Shown here: positions 1 through 13,300 of the stretch, in pieces
Numbering within the stretch: the first letter of the stretch is position 1
How the letters are laid out: each line of letters begins with the position of its first letter
Source of the DNA: Trichosphaerium sp. ATCC 40318
Taxonomy: Eukaryota; Protista; Tubulinea
Length of the DNA stretch: 64,000 nucleotides
Assembly (NCBI GenBank): GCA_038496445.1
Contig: JALMLS010000637.1
Location: forward strand, 1 to 64,000
Direction of reading: 5' to 3'
Notes under the pieces: model-generated
Databases searched by the model: none
Told to the model about the DNA's origin: nothing
What the model saw: only the letters and a program-made list of their open reading frames with translations
Position numbers and translations under genes: made by a program

Positions 1-661
1 GGAGTTCAAGGAAAATACAGCAGCTGAATATCGTTCCGATTATGGTATGAAATCAGAACTGTTTATCAATCAGACAAGGAGTAGTTTCTCAGTTTGATCA
101 AACCTAATAAAGAAAAATTGTCAACAAATAGAATTTGATGTACACTTTTCAAGCCATACCAAGTCACACATGATTTTGCTGACTCGAAATTTCACGAACT
201 TGTACTTTTGGTATGTATTGTTGCGTAGCTACGATTACATTGGGTTTTTTTTACTCTCGATAGCAGAATATTTCTCGAGAACTACCTGAAATTAAAATGA
301 AGATTTTTATCCAGATTTTTATCTCCAATACTTCGCTAACAACATCACGTGATCAAAAAAAACCCTCAAGAATTTGGATTATTCATACATCGCATAGATA
401 ATAAACAACTATCAAGCTCTTTCCATAGTTACAAAACGAAGGCATTTTACTCTGTCGAACAATTTCTTCTTATTAGAATTCTTTTGCGTTAGTTGTCGCT
501 AACCAAGGCAAGTGTCGTATAACTTAGCTACGGTTATAGGACGAGTTGTTGCAGGTACGAGGTAAGGAGAATTCTAATTTTATTAATCTTATTACAAAAC
601 AAGGGACTTCGTTATATTCAGATAACGAATGACGGATATGAACGTGTTCATATACGACACA

Positions 662-1258
662 TCTCGCCACGCTACAGGACATCATTTACTTTTTTTTGAA
701 AATCACGTGGGAAAGATAGATTTTTGCTCACTGTATTTGTTTATAAGGTTTTTTTTTCTATCCGACGCTTCTGTCACGTATCGTAGCAATTAAAATATAG
801 CGTAATGGAGCGAAAGATTAAAACATAAAGTATGAAATAGCAACCAACTACGCCATTAAACGCTATCTACGCGCTAATTATAATTAGAGCTTACTAGTTA
901 CATTGCAGGTTTAAAGAGCAAACCAAGCGATTTTAGTTTTCATTGCCTTTATTGTCGTAATACACAATACGTTCGTTGCGGTATGATATTGAGCTATCTT
1001 CCAAAGTTATCCAAAGCTGTCATAACGGCACATGTAACGAGTGAATCAGTACTTTTGCAACAACTTTACATAGTTGTTGGTACTGCCTACAACTTGTTTT
1101 AACAAACCAATGTAAAAGCAGACTATAAACCTTAGTGAACTCGTGTCCAATGGTGATACAACATAATCCAGCAGTAGCAATAAGATCAAAATTGCGAATG
1201 TACTGAAAATAAGATTTCTTTTCTTATAACTCTCGGCTTCAGGCAATGGCTTGGGTCC
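662..1258. repeat. Dispersed direct repeat, copy 1 (copy 2 at about 26500-27102)
   Basis: Sequence from ctcgccacgctacaggacatcatttac to caatggcttgggtccg aligns colinearly, with scattered substitutions, to 26500-27102. Confidence 0.9.
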
Positions 1259-1300
1259 GCGTGTAAAAAAGGAAAGGTAACCATAAAAAAGTCATAATAT

Positions 1301-1394
1301 CTGGCTTGAAAAATCGATTTTTGACCTGATTCTTTGCACACTAATGCGACATGTATATGTGCGTATAAAACTGCAATAAAAATATTTTCTCCAC
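1301..1394. repeat. Third partial copy of the inverted-repeat arm sequence (matches about 9198-9290)
   Basis: ctggcttgaaaaatcgatttttgacctgattctttgcacactaatgcgac... is nearly identical to 9198-9290. Confidence 0.85.
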
Positions 1395-2999
1395 TTGGTT
1401 TTCATTGAACGAGAAAACGTTTTTGTATACGTCACAAAAAAAAGCAGACTGTCTTTTCTCGGAGACGTTCATTTTCTTCTTTCAATCTTTTAATCATGAG
1501 CTCTTGTTCAGTCATTTGGTTCTTGACCTTGCTAGCAAGCTCTTGATTTTGTTTCTCAAGAGCCTCTATCTTATTTTGCATATGTTCATAATGCTTCTTA
1601 GCGAGTTCTCCATCTACAAACACAGTAAAAAAGCGAAGAAGAAAAATCCCAAAAAAAAAAAAAAGATAAACCAATTTTTGACTTCTAAACATATATGTTA
1701 CCGTATCAAGGAGCCTCATATTGAATGAAACAAGCTACCAAAGCGAAGCTGTACACGGAGGAGAGCATATAACTAGATCCAACTATTCAAACCTGAATGA
1801 CACGGATTGCGGATACTACATCATTAAGGTTTAGACAACAAATGGGTGGAAGCGTTCATGGTTGCTACAAAGATCATAGGCACACGTCATCATCAAAAAA
1901 AAAAGTTGTTGCAAAATACTGATGGTTGTTAGTGCTCAATACTAGTAACACTATATATCGGGTATCCGCCGTGGTAGGGCAATGTACAGACTGCATGTTA
2001 GCTTGATTACAAAGTAACCACAGTAAATTACCAAACCCTCAACAAAAAACAAATTGGAACGAAGCGGTGACGTCTATGAGACGTAGGAAGCATTCTTTAT
2101 GATCAATAACAACCGCACACTAAAATTATTTCAATACAACGCCTTGTTGGCACTCTATTAATCTTCTACGTCGTAGATACACAAAATAGCAGAAAAAAAC
2201 TGTTGTAGTACATGTTCTTCGGAGAGTAGAGTAGCATTGTGGTGCGTAAAGAGTTCTTTGGTGCCGTTTTCATGCCCCAGTGTTGTTGGTTCTGTTTAGC
2301 GCAAAAACAGTGCAATTTAAATAGCCATCGCCTACCCTGCCAATCTAAAGTGTTCAAACGAAACCAGTGGAAGATAGAAAATAACAACAGACGCAATAGA
2401 GAAAAAAATCTATTTCAACATGTGATCACACAAAAACCACAAGTGACTACAGCGTCTGCCTGGCGTAAAATGGTCGACGAATTCGTTGCCGGTTCTCGTT
2501 TTGATAATGTAGTTATAATAATACTTTGTGTTCCCTTTCGGGTTAAAAAATAGTCGCGAAAACAAAGCGTTCTACATTACTACAAACTACAAAGAAAATA
2601 GGTTTTGCCAACCAAGGGTTTTTCTTTGTTTTCACACTGTATTTTGAAAAACCGTTTCGTGCTTGTTTCGCTCTATCTGTACGCTTTTCTGATGATTTCT
2701 GAGCGACATCTCGTCAAATCACTTGCTCCTACCTACACTGCAGTACTGAAATCTTGCTGCCACTTAGACGCACAGGGGTTCGAAAGAAAAAAATTAGGCG
2801 CAGCGACAGCAAGCCTTTACGATGCTAACAAAACTCAAGCCTTTTCACTGTGATTATCTTTTATTTAAAACTTTGTAAGAAACGCGTTGTTACATAACGC
2901 TAGGCATACTTTAAATTTTTGTTTCGTGCTGCAAGATACTGTCAGTTCAATGTGAAGCGTTTATATCAACTTCAGTACTAGTACTTTCTAAGGGAAACG

Positions 3000-3690
3000 C
3001 TTCAACCCAAAGTGTAAGTAATCTGAGAATAAAATGATGTAGCCCGTGGTTGGAAGCTGTTCCAGCCAAATCTGCTACTATTTTGAATGGAGCAATTACC
3101 TCATCACATTCTTCTAATCGTAGGTGTTCGTCTTGTTTTCTTGGCTTGGCATTTAGGACATTCCTTGATCCAATTTTTAGTCAGCGTAGTATCCTTGCCA
3201 ATAATATCTAATTCTGAGTTTGTAAAACGTCTCGTCAAGCCTAAGTGTCCACTAAGTTTATCATAGTAGCACATGCGGAAAACTAAGTGTTGTAGATTCT
3301 TGGGAACTATCACTTGTTTGTATGTAATTTATGCGTTGATTGTGTCCGCACATGTGATAACAGAACACCATTTTAGATATCTAAAATGTTGTTAACATGA
3401 ACAATAATAGGTGGTCTTGATAGTGCATCAGCGTTACTATGAACATGTCCTGGTCGATATTGTCTTCAAAATACAGTTCTTGAAGTTTCATTATCCGTCT
3501 AGCCAATCGGTACAGTCGAGTTTTTAATGTTCTGTAAACAGTTAAGATTGTGGTGGTCTGTGATAACGGTAAAGGACCCATTAGTGACATCTAAACTTTT
3601 TGAACCTGTCTGCAATGGCTAAACATTCACGTTCTGTGACAGAGTAATGCTTTTCTGCTGGTTGGAATACTCCACTGCGGTACGCATTTA
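3000..3690 (-). mobile_element. Decayed Ty3/gypsy pol fragment (RNase H end to integrase zinc finger)
   Basis: Minus-strand motifs EKHYSVTERECLAI (RNase H) and IVPKNLQHLV..GHLG..WIKECPKCQ (integrase HHCC region), interrupted by stops and frameshifts. Confidence 0.75.
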
Positions 3691-3699
3691 CGCATTGAT

Positions 3700-6600
3700 A
3701 AAAACAATTTGGACAAAGAAATTTATAGAAACATTTGTTTGTTGGGATATTCTGACGTTGCAGTTCTTACTGAAAAATCTCATCCTACCCATGACTGTGG
3801 TGGTAGAATAGACATGATTTTTGTTTCTGATTTTGTTAAAAATCACGTGAATAGTTTTAAACTTGTCCCAACTGGGTTTTTCGCTTAGATCATAAATTAA
3901 TGTTGCTGGAGCTCAACTTTCCAAAACGCAGTGAGTGGAGTTTTAAACTAAATCAAGTTTTCTGGAATTCTTACAACAAAACTATAATCTGTGAGATGGA
4001 TTTTGGTCGCTCTGTTGACGACTACTTTTTTGCTAAACAGGCGATGATCAACATCTTAAAGGAAGCGCAAAAGGATGAATTAAAAAACAAAATTACAGCT
4101 TGTGAACTTATTGCTTCTCAAATAGCAAGTGGTACTGATATTACAAGAGGTTCTTAACATATCAATTTCTTTGTGAGGAAAAAAACCAACATCTTAATAA
4201 TCTAGCGGCATCAACAAAAGCTATGTTTGAGGAAGTTCCAAGTGCTTTTCTTACAAAAATGCTTAAAGGCAAGAAAGCGGGATTAAACATTAAGGAACTA
4301 CAAACTGGCAATGGTGATTGTTCTTCTGATATTCGTAAAATGCTTGTTGCGGGTGTTAACTTTTATAGTAATTATACGATGAGGTGGAGATTGAGGAAAA
4401 GGTACTTGAGTCGTTTATTAATAAATGGGACATTCCGTGTGATAACAAGTTTGTGGATAAGCTCAACAAAAAAATTACCGTCAAGGAAGTTACCAAGGTC
4501 ATAGCGAAACTCCCAATTAACAAGGCTCCTGGGCCTGATGGTTTAACAGTGTGCTTGTACAAATCAATGAGCGGTACGTTTGCTCCTATATCGACTAACC
4601 TCTTCAATCTGTTCCTTGAAAACGGTGAGGTTGATGAGCGTCTGTGTAAGGGAATCATTGTACCTATCTTTAAAAAAGGAGATGCTTCTGATCTGAGTAA
4701 CTATCGTCCAATTACTTTAGCAAATGTTGATTATAAAATTTTACAACCGTATGACTCCATTCATGCAAAAATACATTTTGGAATTGCAAAATGGATTCAT
4801 ACCAGGGCGAGATATTGTTGACAATCTTATAACAACTTTAGAAAAAGTTATTAGTTTTTGTAAAAAAGAATTAAAGTGGCTGAGCCTTATTGCATATGAT
4901 TTCTGAAAGGCCTTTGACTCTTGTAGTCATTTGGCATTGATCCGTATTCTAAAATTGGGTACAAGTCTGAGTTTGCTGAGGCGATTGTAAATGCTCTGCG
5001 CCTTGAAGTTAACGTGCGTATTAACAACAGCATCAGTGAAGGCTCTTTTACAACAAAACGTGGTACAGGTCAAGGCAATCCTATCAGCCCTTATTTGTTT
5101 GCTCTAATAGTGAACCTCTCAACTCTTTCATCAATAAAGTATCAAGAATTGCTGGTGTTACGCTTCCTGGTAATGTTTGTGTGAAGAATTTATTCTTTGC
5201 TGACGATCTCATTCTGAATGGCAGCTCTAAAAACGATATTGTTTATCTTAACAAGTATTTAGACAAGTATAAGCTTGCTACTGGTCTTTCTGTTAACAGT
5301 TCAAAGTGTTTTCAAGTGAATATTGTAGGTAATAAAGATGAAAACAAAATGTTTGATAATGGCACATGGATTAAGTACTTGGGTCTTCGGTTGGATGATG
5401 AAGGATTGGGTTATGATTGGGAATAGGCGATTGAGAAAATTGAATCTTGTTTGAAATGCCCATGTGCTCTACAATACGTCAAAAGATTAGCATTATAAGG
5501 AGCTACGCTCAAGCTAAGTTGATTTGTTGTGCTAGAGCACTTGATTTTCCCGTTCACCTTGTTCCTAGGTATCATTCTATTATTAATTGGTTTCTTTGGG
5601 AAAGTTCATACGTTTACAACCACAGCATTCATAAATCACGTGTCCCTTGGACTCACATGAATCAGCGCTACAAAAATGGTGGTTTACAACTTTTTCTATA
5701 GCGCAGATAGCTACTGGGTTTAAAGCGACATTGTGGGAAAGGCACTTGATCAAAGGTACTCTTTATTCGGAAGTATGGTTTGCTGGTACAGATTTAGGTA
5801 AAAAGTGCAGAGATGTGTGGTGTTCCCTAAACGTTAGTCTCAAAGCTAAACCTAGAAAGCTTAAGCAAGTGATGAAGATTAAGCTCAATCAATCAGTTCC
5901 ATGTTGGAAGCGTTGGTGGTTTGCTATCAAAGATCAGTGTACCTGTTTGCCTGCGTTGTTAGAACTTAAATCAGCCAATTATGTTAGAGATGTTATATGG
6001 AGAGTGATAATGAGGGTGATGCCTGTGACTCATGTCAAAGACGCTATGCCTCCAGAAAAACATGAGGAGTTATTCTACGGTTGGGAAGTCGTTGTTAGTA
6101 TTAGAGATGTACTGTCTGATCTCATAGAAGAATTTAATGTACCTGTTTTAACAGAGTAAAATCTAATCAAATGTAAAAAACCTGCTACTTTGTTTTGTTT
6201 AGGCGTATTATAAGGAATGACGTGAAACATAACGTTCCTAAGTACAAGTGGATGTCTGCTCAAATGTTACATCTTAGATTTTACAAGTGGCTTTCTTTGA
6301 CCATAGATTGTGAATCCTTTGATAAACCATCGTGGTTTGATAATGTCACTGCTGTATCTATTGTTAGAAGATTGAACGGTTCTCAAGCTTCCTTGGATTA
6401 TGGTACTGTGGGTTCAGAGGAGTGGCTCTTTAAGCGTAGACAGCGCAATACTCCTGCATTTGCTATTGGTCATGGTATAGATGGTTTTACCAGATGGTAC
6501 CGTTATTCTATCCAAGCATTTGGCTCCTTCACATAAAAAGTGTAAACCAAAACAAGTTAAACGAATTGGATTTATTGAGTGGGAAGATGATTACAAATAA

Positions 6601-6848
6601 TTAATATCCATTCGCTGGCACATGGCTCCTCTTTGAATTTCGAGCCTGATTCCCTGATCAAATTTTTGAATTATTTACTGGTTTATTAGTGGGTACGACG
6701 TGGCACGTGGCCCTCGAAATTTGTGAAAACAAATTTCGGAGCCTGATCGGGCAAGCTGGGATGGTGATTTTTTTCGATGTAAATATCTAGTAATTATTAT
6801 GAATAAAGTGAGGCTACGGCGCTCGCCTCTTGTTTGAAAAAAAAAAAA
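3700..6848 (+). mobile_element. 5'-truncated, frameshifted non-LTR retrotransposon (L1/Tx1-like LINE) with poly(A) tail
   Basis: APE endonuclease end (GRIDMIFVS). RT motifs KAPGPDG, NYRPITLANVDYKI, QNGFIPGR, DF.KAFD, GQGNPISP, FADD, KYLG are spread over several frames. AATAAA at about 6802 and an A-run at 6837-6848. Confidence 0.9.
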
Positions 6849-9712
6849 CAAGACTGCTACCTTGGCAGTATTCTTTTACAACCGTTGCGGCACCCTGAGA
6901 TGATTCTCACAATATTTTTTGCAGAAAAGGGGTAACAGGGTACCTAGTACTCATGTTGTCATCAGAACAGCGCCGAAGGTAGCCTTGCAGGCAGGAAAAA
7001 AACGTACATCGGTTTTTAAAGTTTTTGAGGCTTTTTGTCCTTCACCATTCCTTGAATCAGCCAACACCTGTATAGAGATGTACTCGCTGATAGATGGTAT
7101 AACGCTGGAAGGTTATTAGGAAAGTACCTTGTTATTTTTTTTACGAAGTCATTTAGGAAGTAAAAAACCGCACGTGCGTTTATGAAAATCGATTTTTCAG
7201 CCAGATATTACGACTTTTTTATGGTTTTTTTGAGCCAAAAACGAGGAATGTTTACAAATCTTTTTCTCATTGAAAATACAAAACGCGTGTATTGATATGT
7301 AGATCTGTTGTGGGAAAAATCAGAACTGAACTTGAATGTGTTTGCCATAAATGGTACCTTTCTTATTTTTTTCTGTATTTTCGCTGTGAAAATTTGTTGT
7401 GTCACTGGCAGGATGTTATGGATTTATTTGAGCACACTGACCATTCAAAGATACCGACGGTAATAATAGTATTTACATGCTGATGTCTCAACCTTTTAGT
7501 TGTTATGGTGACCGTTACAGGTCCATCGCTGCAGTATTTTATGCAGTTACAATATGTTCCTTTGAACTTTGTTCATGTTTGCATAGCTCTTTTCTAGTGT
7601 TATCAACCTTATTATTTGCTTCTTGTAACTCTAGTTCAAATCCATGTTACATTAACACTCTTGTCTAGTCACCAGGGATATTTATTGTTCACATATGATA
7701 GTTAGGAAAGAATGAAAAAACACTCAGCTTGAGTCTTGTCACTCCTGGCAATACCATAGATTTGGTTATTATTGGCTATGTGAGTGGTTCCTAACCACTC
7801 AAGTATAGCCTATCTGGTAGCCATTGAGCAAATGAGTTTACAATAATGGGTAGGTAAAAAAAATCTGCAGTAGGTTTACTCAATTTTATGGACCTTTGAA
7901 AATTAGCACAGGATTATTTAAAGTGGCAGTTCCGTTGTGAATGGTGAATAATATGGATATTCAAATACAGCCAGTATTCACTAGTATGAGAAAAAAATTC
8001 ATTATTCATAGCTATTTTACCTGCCAATAATGGTCGAAAAGTTTCCAACGTGTTGGGATTAGAGACGTTCACGTATTATAAGGTGTCACAGTAGACTTAC
8101 AGCGTCAAAATACTAAACTGTCAATTACTAGAGTTCCACAAAGTATGGCAAAGAGAAAAGTGTTATTATCTATTATCAAACTGATCTACTTTGGATAAGA
8201 AGAAATCGTAAGTACTGGTCTATTACTGAGAAACGCAGATTCATCAGAAATGACAAAGTTCTTATGTTGTGAAAACGATAGAGGCACGAGATACTACATG
8301 ATGTGTGGCTTTATTTTCCTTCAACGCTTAAAGTCTGAGAAAATCTTTTAGAGTACTGATTGGATGGAACATATTACAAAGATAAAAAACTTCATCAAGC
8401 CACTAGTTATGGAATAAACCTTTGAGCAAGGCCCATTGTTTGCAAAAGAATAAGTTGTAGGTGAAATAATTTTAATGTTCTGTTGGAACCACTCATATAG
8501 TAACCAAACCTATGGTATTGTCAGGAGTGACAAGACTCAAGATGTGTTTTTCATTCTTTCCTATATGAACAATCATGGTTTATACTTCTCTAAGTGTAAC
8601 AAGTAGGTATGAGAGCACACTGTGTATTTTGTAGTGTACTGCAAAGTATATCCCTGACCAAAGATAACCAGCATCCAACAAACTGACAATTCCAAAAACC
8701 AACCTTACATTACTGTAAGCTGATTTCATGGAAAATAAATATCTCTAGACAAGAGTGTTAATGTAACATGGAATTGAACTAGAGTTACAAGAAGCAAATA
8801 ATAAGGTTGATAACACTAGAAAAGAGCTATGCAAACATGAACAAAGTTCAAAGGAACATATTGTAACTGCATAAATTACTGCAGCGATGGACCTGTAACG
8901 GTCACCATAACGACTAAAAGGTTGAGACATCAGCATGTAAATACTATTACTACCGTCGGTATCTTTGAATGGTCAGTGTGCTCAAATAAATCCATAACAT
9001 CCTGCCAGTGACACAACAATTTTCACAGAAAAAAATAAGAAAGGTACCATTTATGGCAAACACATTCAAGTTCAGTTCTGATTTTTTCCACAACAGATCT
9101 ACATGTCAATACACGCTGTTTTGTATTTTCAATGAGAAAAAGATTTGTAAACATTCCTCGTTTTTGGCTCAAAAAAACCATAAAGAAGTCGTAATTTCTG
9201 GCTGAAAAATCGATTTTTGACCTGATTCTTTGCACACTAATGCGACTTGTATTTGTGCGTATAAAACGCAAATAAAAATAATTTCTCCACACAAGATTTT
9301 CATAAACGCACGTGCGGTTTTTTTACTTCCTAAATGACTTCGTAAAAAAATTTCCAAGGACTTTCCTAGTAACCTTCCAGCGCTTTACCATCTATCTGCG
9401 AGTACATCTATACAGGTGTTGGCTGGAAAGCTATAACTTTTTCCTCAAATTACGGCTGAAAATAATGTGTTGCTAACGCAAAACTCAGGGGCTAATCGTC
9501 TTGCTGAATAAAGGAATGGCGAGGACAAAAAGCCTCAACAAACTTGAAAAACCGATGTACGTTTTTTCCTGCCTGCAAGGCTACCTTCGGCGCTGCTCTG
9601 ATGACAACATGGACTAGGTAACCCTGTTACCCCTTTTCTGCCAAAAATATTGTGAGAATCATCTCAGGGTGCCGCAACGGTTGTAAAAGAATACTGTCAA
9701 GGTAGCAGTCTC
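6849..9712. repeat. Long inverted repeat (arms about 6849-7800 and 8485-9712, spacer about 0.7 kb)
   Basis: 6850 agactgctaccttggcagtattcttttacaacc is the reverse complement of the end at about 9710. ORFs 7477..7668(+) and 8745..8936(-) translate almost identically. The arms differ by indels. Confidence 0.92.
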
Positions 9713-10372
9713 GTTTTTGGTTTGTTTCCTTGCTACTTTGTTATGTTCGACCTTTCTGATTTTAATGTTTTGCTATGCATAGCAAACATGGTACAAGGAA
9801 ATTCTTATTGAAGCCTCGATTGAAGAAGGTGGCGACCGATATCCTCAAAGGGCTTCGCGTTCGTGTAAAAGGTTATGCTTTATTAACATCGGTATGAAGC
9901 TGAAGAAAAATTATTCCTAAGCACTTCATAACCACGTAAAAACACCAAGGGGCGTATGGCAGTTATGCTTAAAGTACCTGAACCTTGTTTCTTACCTTTC
10001 TCGTACCATGTACGTCTCGTGTATCTCGAAAAAGAGAGCGTGCATGAAAAGTCATAAAAACAAAACCAAATTATATAGCACGTGTTTAAAGAGAACAAAT
10101 TGAAGCGTATTTTTGTTCGTACATACAAGGGACACAATACACTAACGAATTAATACGCTAACAGCATAATAACTCATACAAAAACCTTGCAGTATGCGGC
10201 AATGTGCACCCGAGCCGGAACACAAATAATTCGATGAACCGTCGGCAAAACTTAAATCCATTTTACCGTACATCAACACTGGTTACACGCTTCATGGGCG
10301 ACATAGCATCAAAGAATCATCACAATTAAAAGGTAATAGAAGCGTTTATACAATCAACGGCAACAACTCTTC

Positions 10373-13300
10373 ATGGGGGGACAGCACAGCCTAAAAGATA
10401 CGCCAGAATTGAGAGGTGCTAGAAAGAATAATATGGCTGTACAGTTGTTAAACATTGTTTATAGCCGAATTGGTACAGCTACAAGAACTTTATCCCGAAA
10501 TTACATCACGTACTAATGGTTAATGTAATGCGCCTGTCAATTATTTTCTTTTAGGCGATAAACTCTATAAAAAGCTACGTAGCGCAGAGGAGGCAAAAAA
10601 CATTTTATTGTATTCGGGTTAGTATCTAAACAAGATTAAGTTGACCCATTTCTTAGCATCCCGTAACCTTGAAATTATTGTGATGGTGTGCATATACAAA
10701 CGAAAAGATATTGAAGCTACCGATCTTGGAGGAGAAACTGCTTTACTTGTTGCAAGTACGTTCAACCACAACATCTATAACTCACTTCCACGTAGGTAAG
10801 AACGGACATACCAAAATTGTTGAATTGTTGCTTAAGTCAGGTGCTAACAGTAACGCTAAAAGTATGGACCAAAGTACAGCGTTACATTGTGCAGGTTAGC
10901 TAAAGTTTATGCATGTATCCCAAACTTACAGTTTTTAGTGAATTACAGACATAGTGGAGTAGTACAATTATTGCTCAAATCAGGTTCAAACGTTGGAGCT
11001 GTAGATAAACAAGGACGTACAGCGCTACACGATGCAGGTAATCAACTGTAAACAAGAAAGAGTATAATTTGATTCTAGTACGTAATGGACACATTGAAGT
11101 TGCTGAATTGTTGCTCAACTCGGGCGCAAACATAGAAGCTATAGACAAGAACGGACACACACCTCTACATGATGCAGGTATCTTAAGACTTGTTGTCGTT
11201 GTAACTCACATTTCAAGCTTTTTATGGACACAAAAAAGTTGTAACGATGTTACTCAAAGAAAATGCAAACATAGAAGCGTCAAATCGATATGAACGTACA
11301 CCTTTACATTGCGCAGGTACGTAGTAAAGCTATATTTACTTGCTACAACTTATTATTAGCTGAAAATCGACACAATAAAATTGTTAAATTGTTAATCGCA
11401 GACGGTGCGAGCATCGAAGCTGTAGATAAAGATGAAAACACGCCTTTACACATAGCAGGTATTCTAAAATTGTAGGGTACAACCGACTTACTCTTACTAG
11501 CTGTCGAGGGACATAGTACAATTGTTAAAAGCTTAATTGAATTGAAAGCAAATGTTGAAGCTGCAAATAGCCGCGGGCAAACAGCCTTGCACTGCGCAGG
11601 TTTGTATTTGTACGCTATTGCCATATAAACAATATTTGTAGTACATCATGGACACACCAGAATTGTTAAAGTGTTAACCAAGAAACGTAAAACCATTATT
11701 GAAACCACTGATAAGGACGGTTGTACTGCTTTACTTGTAGCAGGTATTGAGTTGACACTGTACAGCTGTAATTATTTAACTCGTCTCTAGCCATTCAAGG
11801 ACAAGAAAGTGCTGCTGGAATGTTAATTAGCTCAGAGGCAAAAATTGGAGCCACTGATAAAAATGGATGGACGGCACTACATCTTGCAGGTAGTTTACTA
11901 TCAAGTCATTTCAAATCTACAGTTATTTAACATCTTAGCGCTAAATGGGCACAACCCAGTTTTGCTGACTTTATTGAAACCAAATGGAGCCATTTCATTA
12001 AGCACAGACAAATGGCAAAAAGCTTTCAAATGTGTACTGATACAAGTAGTTGATAATGATTCTGCATTCATCAATGTTTTTGAAACTCTTCTTTCATTTT
12101 TTCCAAATGACCAATGCAGTCGCGAACTATGGTTATCGTGTGCGCACATGAAAGAGATACCGTACTGGCGACTCAATCTTGCAAAATGGTTGCAATACTT
12201 GGTATGTTTCTTTGAAATAAATTAATAAATATTTAGTCTTACTTCAACTTCGCTAATGTAATATAGCCAACACATTCTTGTTTTAAAGTTGCAATGCAAA
12301 AAGGCATTTGCCATTTGATTTGTACATACAGTTCCATGTTTGTACAGTCTTCGGTACAAACACACAAAATACAAACGTACATTAACTTGTTTTTGTTTAA
12401 TTTAGAGCTTTTGGTTACAGCAAGGAGAGCTGATGGAAGGAATTCTGTCTGACTTACCAGATAAAATGTGGAGTAATACTACAACTGGGTCTGTTATTGA
12501 AATGTGTATAAAAGAAGGATGGTGTACAATGTCTCTTAAATACAGACCCAAAGAAGATAGTACGTGTATTAAGCAAAACGTATATTAACTCTTTAAAGTT
12601 TTTGAATGCCGTGATTGTGTTAAAAACACACGTGGATTATATTTGTGCAGTTATTGTGTTACTCAACACAACCACAAACAGGTAATTTCCCATGTACTAC
12701 TACTTGCTTATGTGTGTAGAACCTGGAAAAGTACCCCAACGTTTCAGGTTTTGTGAATGCAAGGATTGCAAACATGTCATTAATCCCATATCTCCAAATC
12801 AAAGTGTTGGAAATCCTGCAGCAGGTAAAAAAGCACTGTTAGTTCAATAACACTAAAACTTTCAGGATTAAAAAGTGAGATGTCATGGGACTTAAATCCA
12901 AGATTACATTATGCCCACACCTGGGATAGATCCAACAACGAGTGAGTAGTTACATTTGTATTTATTAACTCATGTTTAACTGTTTTTGTCAAACAAAAAA
13001 AGGGGTACAATTGAAAAAGCAACGCACTATAGAACACTGAATCTTCTTGATTCAAATAAAAATGATATTGTAGCCAATAGAGAACTAGACTTTCTTTACC
13101 AACAAATGTCAACGATGCATGGCTATGATAAATATGATATTGTAGAAGCTCATCTTGTTTGCAATGATATGTTGACTCAAAACTTTGGCATGTACAATAC
13201 AGTACTTAAACACAGACATCAGTATGTTTACATGTTTAATTCACTACAAAAATCTTAGCTGTTATTTAGGAAACTCCATGGCTTGTTTTGTAAAAATGAT

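Noticed and set aside
662-1258. LTR pair with 26500-27102
   Set aside because: No TG...CA termini, PBS/PPT or TSD were seen, and the enclosed 25 kb is not a single retroelement.
1432-1719. Coiled-coil ORF on the minus strand
   Set aside because: It looks like an isolated exon remnant. No complete gene model could be built.
7477-8936. Twin 63-aa ORFs as real genes
   Set aside because: They are a by-product of the inverted repeat and contain no recognisable domain.
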